In this document: positions 57,501-61,630 of the stretch, piece after piece
Layout: every line of letters starts with the position of its first letter
Position numbering within the stretch: position 1 is the stretch's first letter
DNA from: a virus
Taxonomy: Duplodnaviria; Caudoviricetes
Reading direction: 5' to 3' (one strand)
Length of the DNA: 61,630 bases
Virus record (IMG/VR): IMGVR_UViG_3300042549_001103
Span: 1-61,630 of that record
Program-made: the position numbers and the translations under genes
The notes under the pieces: generated by a model
Database searches by the model: none
Told to the model about the DNA's origin: nothing
What the model saw: the letters and a program-made list of their open reading frames with translations, nothing else

Positions 57501-57613
57501 CAGCGTCTACAACTACAACGGTGTTGGATTTTAACGTAAACGGTACGGCGGGTAATTTAGTGACGCTGAACTCTAGCATTCCCGGAACTAGATTTACACT
57601 TGTAAGAGCTTAG
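54548..57613 (+). CDS. Large tail fibre / adhesin-like beta-helical protein
   Basis: RYWVGGAGTWD...NWSATSGG; T/G/N-rich repeats; ATG at 54548 after ggaga. Confidence 0.7.
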   Translation: MDRYWVGGAGTWDATTTTNWSATSGGAGGASAPTSADNVIFDSASNATLYTVTVGTNAVCEDLTVAAPLTGAVTFSLAATARIDCYGSMTLPAANCTWTGVTGALVTFRATTTGKTITTNGVTLTLTSLTFNGVGGAWTLGSALTFTGSTTGLIVTNGTFNSGNFNITGVVFAVNAVGTQVINLGSSTVTLSASGSITFSQTAGLTFNAGTSQINCSTASPTFTGGGQTFYNVSFTSASAGNTTISGANTFNDLNQTSRSATSIRGFSLGANQTVSGTLTLGAANTSIRRIQVQSDIIGTRRTIALNGTLAALADIDFRDIGAAGTVATPWTGTRLGDGLNNSNITFDAAKDVYWNLVAGGDWSGTGWALSSGGTPDANNFPLAQDKAIIENTGLNTSATITLGVAWWIGEFDASTRSNAMTFSNSTATPIVYKNVTLSSAVTMTGTGVWSFVGQGITQILDTNTATFVPPITVNSATGTLQLAEDTTCSATVTLTSGTLSLNNFNLTCNIFTYSSTLTRAIAFGTGVINVTGTNAAVLSAGSNSTGFSYTGTPRFNLTGAGVGGQTRTLLFAQAGITEANAVDVYVTAGADTIASSGTGFFLKTLDFTGFTGAFTRATGSSLFGNLVISSGMTLTAGIGTTTFAATSGTQLVTTNGVVLDFPITQNGIGGTVQLQDNLTMGSTRTFTLTNGTLDLDDNTLTTGLFNSNNVNTRAIAFGTGNITTTGSGIAWTTATPINFSYTGTPTVNISNNSATSTTINTGLLTELQALNFNYTIGTYTLIDSTNCVYGSVNFTGFAGTIAGTARAVFGNYTLSTGMTLTAGTGVTTFAATSGTQLVTTNGKTLDFPIVQSGVGGTVQLQDNLTMGSTRQFTLTNGTFNVNGKVFTTGIFSSANSNTRTLNLGANGTLAINGGGWTAPTATGLTLSGTGTISMDLATAKTFAGGGLVYPYTLNQGGAGTLSITGANTFADMTNTVQPTTITFPASTTTTVLDFNVNGTAGNLVTLNSSIPGTRFTLVRA

Positions 57614-57615
57614 CC

Positions 57616-58155
57616 ATGAGCTTTATTCGCAGTTACCTAAGCATCACCGATAGCGCGGCTTCACCAACAAGTCTTTGGTACGCCGAAAACTCTGTTAACG
57701 GCGGCAATAACACCGGGTGGAATATAAATACGGGTATCATAATATTTTGTAATTATTTAAATATACAAGATAGCGTTGCGTCCCCCACTCTGACTTGGTA
57801 TGCCAACACATCTACAGATAGCGGTAACAACCTTGACTGGATATTTGTTAACTATTACGAAGTAGATGCATCAGATACGATTACACTTACAGACATACAG
57901 GACGCAACTAGAACTCAGTTTGGCTCGATTTCTGAGTCAATTAGTTTTACCGATACTCAGAGCGCCATATTCGATTTTGCGCCGCAGATTGCGGAGTCGT
58001 TAACGTTGACCGATTCGGAATCGGCTATTGCTGTGTATGTGCCAACAGTAACAGACACCATTACGCTTGTTGACGCCCCAGTTCAACGAGGCTGGATTAA
58101 GATTGTTAACAGCCAAAACCCGAATTGGGTTGATATTAATAATTATCAAGGATAA
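57616..58155 (+). CDS. Tail-associated protein
   Basis: Duplicated YLxIxDS...GNNxxW unit followed by ESxTxTD repeats. Confidence 0.6.
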   Translation: MSFIRSYLSITDSAASPTSLWYAENSVNGGNNTGWNINTGIIIFCNYLNIQDSVASPTLTWYANTSTDSGNNLDWIFVNYYEVDASDTITLTDIQDATRTQFGSISESISFTDTQSAIFDFAPQIAESLTLTDSESAIAVYVPTVTDTITLVDAPVQRGWIKIVNSQNPNWVDINNYQG

Positions 58156-58158
58156 AAC

Positions 58159-60003
58159 ATGCCAAGTACCTTCTCGCCCTCGCTAAGAATTGAACTCATC
58201 GGTGATGGTGAGCAGTCTGGCGTTTGGGGACAAACTACCAATAACAACTTAGGCGACTTGCTTGAGCAAGCTATTGCCGGGCGTACAGCTTTAAACGTCA
58301 CCGCTGGCGACCTTACGCTCACATCGTTAAACGGCGTAGTGGATGAGGCGCGAAGCGCTGTGCTTGCGGTGACTGGCACACCCGGCGTGACTCGGATCCT
58401 TACGATCCCTAACGTCAAAAAGACTTACACGGTAATCAACAGCACCGCTAACATCGTTCAGATCAAGACCCCATCAGGTACAGCTTATGATTGCGCACCG
58501 TTATCACAGTCGTATGTGAACTGTGATGGTGTTAACGTTGTTACTGGGCGCTCGATTACAGACGGCGCTAATTTAATCACTTCTCTTGCTGCACCATTTA
58601 ACTCGCCGTCATTTACTGGCAACGTGGGTATTGGTACAGCTACGGCTACACTGCCACTAACCATTGGGGATTCTACGCTCCCCGCTGGGGCAACGATTGC
58701 TGGGCAAATGATTAGTTCTGATGTAGCTGCTGCAACGGCGCTGTTAAGCATTCGTCGTTCTTCTGCTTCTGGAAATGCGGGCTTAGCCCAATTCGTTTCT
58801 TCAGGAACCGCAGCTGCCCCTACAGCGGTTGCACTTAATCGTGGTCTGGGAAGAAATGATTGGTTGGGTTTTGATGGCACTAACTATATCAACGCCGCTG
58901 CGATAACAACTGCTGTAGATGGAGCGGTATCCACTGGTGTTGTCCCCGGCAGAATGATTTTTTCAACATCTACAACTAATACCCCAGTAGAACGTATGCG
59001 CATTACTAGCGCAGGCGACGTAGGCATTGGTACAAGTACGCCTTTTACAGCATCTACAACTTTTGACAACGGTAAAAACCCGTTGGTTGCTGATGGTGGC
59101 TATTACGGTGGCGGCGCGTACTACAACTCCACAGACTGGTTCAACACAACCTCATCGCAAGGTGGTTGGGTTATTAGAAACAGCGGTGGTGTGTTTACTT
59201 TATATACGGGGCCAAACTCCGGCGTAGCAGGCACAGCGTTTACGGATTTCGCTGAGCGTGTGCGCGTAGACAGCGCTGGCAAAGTAGGGATTGGTACAAA
59301 TGCTCCCGCATGTTCACTTCAAGTAAACGGTAGTATTCGCGCAAGGGGTGGCGCACCGGGGGCGCTGGGGGTAAATAATAACGGTTTCGCATTTGCTGGC
59401 AACGGGGGAGACGCTGATTCAGGTATGTATAGCTCTGCTGATGGACAACTTGAGTTTTATACAAATGCCGTAGAAGGAATGCGTGTAGACGGCGCAGGTA
59501 ACGTGGGAATCGGTACAAGTACGCCAGCTTCCAAACTAGAGGTTAACGGTTTGATTAGGGCGACTGGCATTACTGGTAAAGCAGGTACAAGTGGTGCGTT
59601 TAGTAATCCCTTTAATATAAATTGGACTGGTTCTGATGCAGAACTCTGGATTGATGCGGTAAATCTTGGAAATATTGCATTATTTTCTGACTATCGTATT
59701 AAACGTAACATTCAAACACAAACCATACCTGCGCTTGAGCGTGTAATGCAATTGCGCCCAGTCACTTATCAGATGGCTGATTACGGCACATTGTTTAAAC
59801 AAAACGAAGACATCAAAGAAGGTTTTATTGCTCACGAAGTTCAAGCGGTAATTCCAAGCGGTGTTGAAGGCGCTAAAGATGACGAAACAAAAATACAATC
59901 TTTGCGTTTAGACGCTATGCTCGCTGTCGCAATAAAAGCAATCCAAGAGCAACAAGCAATCATATCCGCAATGGAAGCACGACTAGCAGCGCTGGAGGCG
60001 TAA
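58159..60003 (+). CDS. Tail fibre with C-terminal intramolecular chaperone (peptidase S74)
   Basis: GNVGIGT/ERMRI repeats; SDYRIKRNI...GFIAHEVQ...AIQEQQ. Confidence 0.85.
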   Translation: MPSTFSPSLRIELIGDGEQSGVWGQTTNNNLGDLLEQAIAGRTALNVTAGDLTLTSLNGVVDEARSAVLAVTGTPGVTRILTIPNVKKTYTVINSTANIVQIKTPSGTAYDCAPLSQSYVNCDGVNVVTGRSITDGANLITSLAAPFNSPSFTGNVGIGTATATLPLTIGDSTLPAGATIAGQMISSDVAAATALLSIRRSSASGNAGLAQFVSSGTAAAPTAVALNRGLGRNDWLGFDGTNYINAAAITTAVDGAVSTGVVPGRMIFSTSTTNTPVERMRITSAGDVGIGTSTPFTASTTFDNGKNPLVADGGYYGGGAYYNSTDWFNTTSSQGGWVIRNSGGVFTLYTGPNSGVAGTAFTDFAERVRVDSAGKVGIGTNAPACSLQVNGSIRARGGAPGALGVNNNGFAFAGNGGDADSGMYSSADGQLEFYTNAVEGMRVDGAGNVGIGTSTPASKLEVNGLIRATGITGKAGTSGAFSNPFNINWTGSDAELWIDAVNLGNIALFSDYRIKRNIQTQTIPALERVMQLRPVTYQMADYGTLFKQNEDIKEGFIAHEVQAVIPSGVEGAKDDETKIQSLRLDAMLAVAIKAIQEQQAIISAMEARLAALEA

Positions 60004-60705
60004 ATGGTTGTAGCAAAGAAACCAGTTGCCAAGACCGCTGCTAAAAAGGCAGTGGTTAAACGCGCACCTGTTAAGAGCCTTCCAATCAAGCGAGCCAAAC
60101 CCGCCGCTAAGCAGGACATGACGGACAAGATTTTTGACCTTATCAAGTGGGTAGACAACCCGTTTAAACTTGTTTCTGTCATTCTCTTGTCTACTATTGT
60201 GTTTGCTGGATACTTTGCTTGGGACAGCCGTCAGGTCATTCTGGCAGCTATTCAGTCTAACAACTCGATGCCACAGTTAAAGACCCATGACGAGCTTTTG
60301 CCTTTGGCGACCAAGTTAGTTAAAGATATTAACGCTGTGGGTATCGTAGTCAACAAGGTCAACCTAGCCACCAACAGTCGCACAACCGTACTTGCCATCG
60401 CCAACGGCGAGCGTAACCCAAAGCTAGAGGGCGTGACTGTATCTTTGTTTGCTGCGAGTCCAGAGCGCAACGCAGACATTGTGTCCATGCTTAACAACGA
60501 AGTGTCCTGCAAACCCTTTCAATCATCGTCACCAGTTGGCGAATGGGCAAAGTCACAAGGCGTGACCTATATGTGCAGAGCCTCAATCCCGAACGAGATT
60601 GGCAAGTTTGCCGGATACATTGCAGTTGGCTTTAAGTCTGAGCCATTAGATATTAACTCTGTCAAAACCCGCATGATTTTAACCGCTACGGAGATGGACA
60701 AATGA
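60004..60705 (+). CDS. Single-TM membrane protein in the lysis cassette
   Basis: Lys/Ala-rich N-terminus, TM LVSVILLSTIVFAGYFAW, globular C-domain with 2 Cys. Confidence 0.6.
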   Translation: MVVAKKPVAKTAAKKAVVKRAPVKSLPIKRAKPAAKQDMTDKIFDLIKWVDNPFKLVSVILLSTIVFAGYFAWDSRQVILAAIQSNNSMPQLKTHDELLPLATKLVKDINAVGIVVNKVNLATNSRTTVLAIANGERNPKLEGVTVSLFAASPERNADIVSMLNNEVSCKPFQSSSPVGEWAKSQGVTYMCRASIPNEIGKFAGYIAVGFKSEPLDINSVKTRMILTATEMDK

Positions 60706-60788
60706 AAGCAAAATGGGAAGCAATTAAGACTTGGTGTGATGCCAAGTGGACAGCAATTAAAATCCGGTTTTCAGGCGTGAGGTTCTAA
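60702..60788 (+). CDS. Amphipathic cationic peptide (28 aa; not in the track)
   Basis: MKAKWEAIKTWCDAKWTAIKIRFSGVRF*; ATGA overlap; ends 1 nt before the holin ATG. Confidence 0.55.
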   Translation: MKAKWEAIKTWCDAKWTAIKIRFSGVRF

Positions 60789-60789
60789 C

Positions 60790-61221
60790 ATGATACCGAT
60801 TATGGAAATATTTAATATTGGTGGCAAGATCATTGACAAGATCTGGCCCGATCCCGCGCAGGCAGACCAAGCCAAACTCAAGCTGTTAGAGCTTCAGCAG
60901 AATGGCGACCTTGCCAAGATTCAAGCGGATATGCAGGAGCAGGGAGAGCTTACCAAGCGCCAAGAAAACGACATGAGGTCTGACTCTTGGTTGTCTAAAA
61001 ACATCCGCCCAATGACCTTGATTGCTATTCTATCTGGCTACTTCACGTTTGCCATGATGTCTGCTTTTGACATAGAAACAAACAAGGCGTATGTCGAACT
61101 GCTTGGTCAGTGGGGAATGTTGATTATGTCCTTCTATTTCGGCGGACGAACACTAGAAAAGATTATTGACATGAAAGCTAAAGAAAAGATTACTGAAACG
61201 GAGATTAAAAATGCAAAGTAA
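60790..61221 (+). CDS. Holin (3TM/GTA-holin-like)
   Basis: KIIDKIWPDP...SWLSKNIRP...FYFGGRTLEK. Confidence 0.75.
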   Translation: MIPIMEIFNIGGKIIDKIWPDPAQADQAKLKLLELQQNGDLAKIQADMQEQGELTKRQENDMRSDSWLSKNIRPMTLIAILSGYFTFAMMSAFDIETNKAYVELLGQWGMLIMSFYFGGRTLEKIIDMKAKEKITETEIKNAK

Positions 61222-61630
61222 TTGGCAACAAGCGTTTAAACAGATGCTTGCCTCTGAGGGCGGTTTTACTGATGATGAGCGCGATAAAGGCAACAAGCTT
61301 CCAGATGGGCGCAAAGGCTCCACTATGCTTGGCGTTACGCAATTCAACTGGGAAAACCATATTGGACACCAAGTCACGCACGATCAAATGCGTAAGCTGA
61401 CTGCTGCTGACGTTGAGCCGTTGTACAAAAAGAAGTACTGGGACGTTGTTCGCGCCGACGAGCTACCAAGCGGGATTGATTATTTGGTGTTTGATATGGG
61501 CGTTAACGCAGGCCCCGGTCGTTCTATTAAACTATTGCAAACCGCTGTAGGCGTCCCTGCTGATGGTGGACTTGGGCCAATCTCCATGAAAGCGATTTTA
61601 GCTGCTGACCCTGTTGAGCTAATTGAAAAG
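61211..61630 (+). CDS. Endolysin, glycoside hydrolase family 108-like (5' part; wraps to nt 144)
   Basis: EGGF catalytic motif, TMLGVT, YKKKYW, FDMGVNAG, LQTAVGVPADG. Confidence 0.9.
   Translation, partial: MQSNWQQAFKQMLASEGGFTDDERDKGNKLPDGRKGSTMLGVTQFNWENHIGHQVTHDQMRKLTAADVEPLYKKKYWDVVRADELPSGIDYLVFDMGVNAGPGRSIKLLQTAVGVPADGGLGPISMKAILAADPVELIEK
61604..61630. repeat. Terminal direct repeat / circular assembly overlap, copy 2
   Basis: Identical to 1-27. Confidence 0.95.

Overview
The window looks like one complete, circularly assembled genome of a tailed phage, probably a podovirus-like uncultured aquatic phage; a Gram-negative host is inferred. The last 27 nt (61604-61630) repeat nt 1-27, and an endolysin ORF reads across the junction. 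There are two divergent arms. The minus-strand early/replication arm (~39.0 to 15.9 kb) has three consensus sigma70 promoters, many small ORFs, a MoxR-type AAA + VWA/metallopeptidase module, ParB-like, VRR-NUC, family A DNA polymerase (Leu at the E. coli 762 position), PD-(D/E)XK nuclease, SNF2 helicase, a probable SSB and a primase-helicase. The plus-strand late arm (39.3 kb through the origin to 15.8 kb) has terS/terL, portal, GroES-like, scaffold, major capsid, small basic proteins, adaptors, tail fibres, lysis genes, tail nozzle and three large ejection proteins. I saw no integrase, tRNA, CRISPR array or reverse transcriptase. The most notable unexplained signals are: (1) a recurring x-[AK]-x-G-G motif that divides the ejection proteins and small basic proteins into modules, one bracketing an HExxH domain; (2) eight copies of a 15-16 bp palindrome CCTTACA-N1/2-TGTAAGG confined to the early arm; (3) several structured intergenic RNA candidates; (4) a nested repeat zone at 37.0-37.8 kb; (5) two short ORFs missed by the track, a secreted 6-Cys peptide and an amphipathic peptide in the lysis cassette. 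Product calls come from motif recognition by eye and need HMM confirmation.
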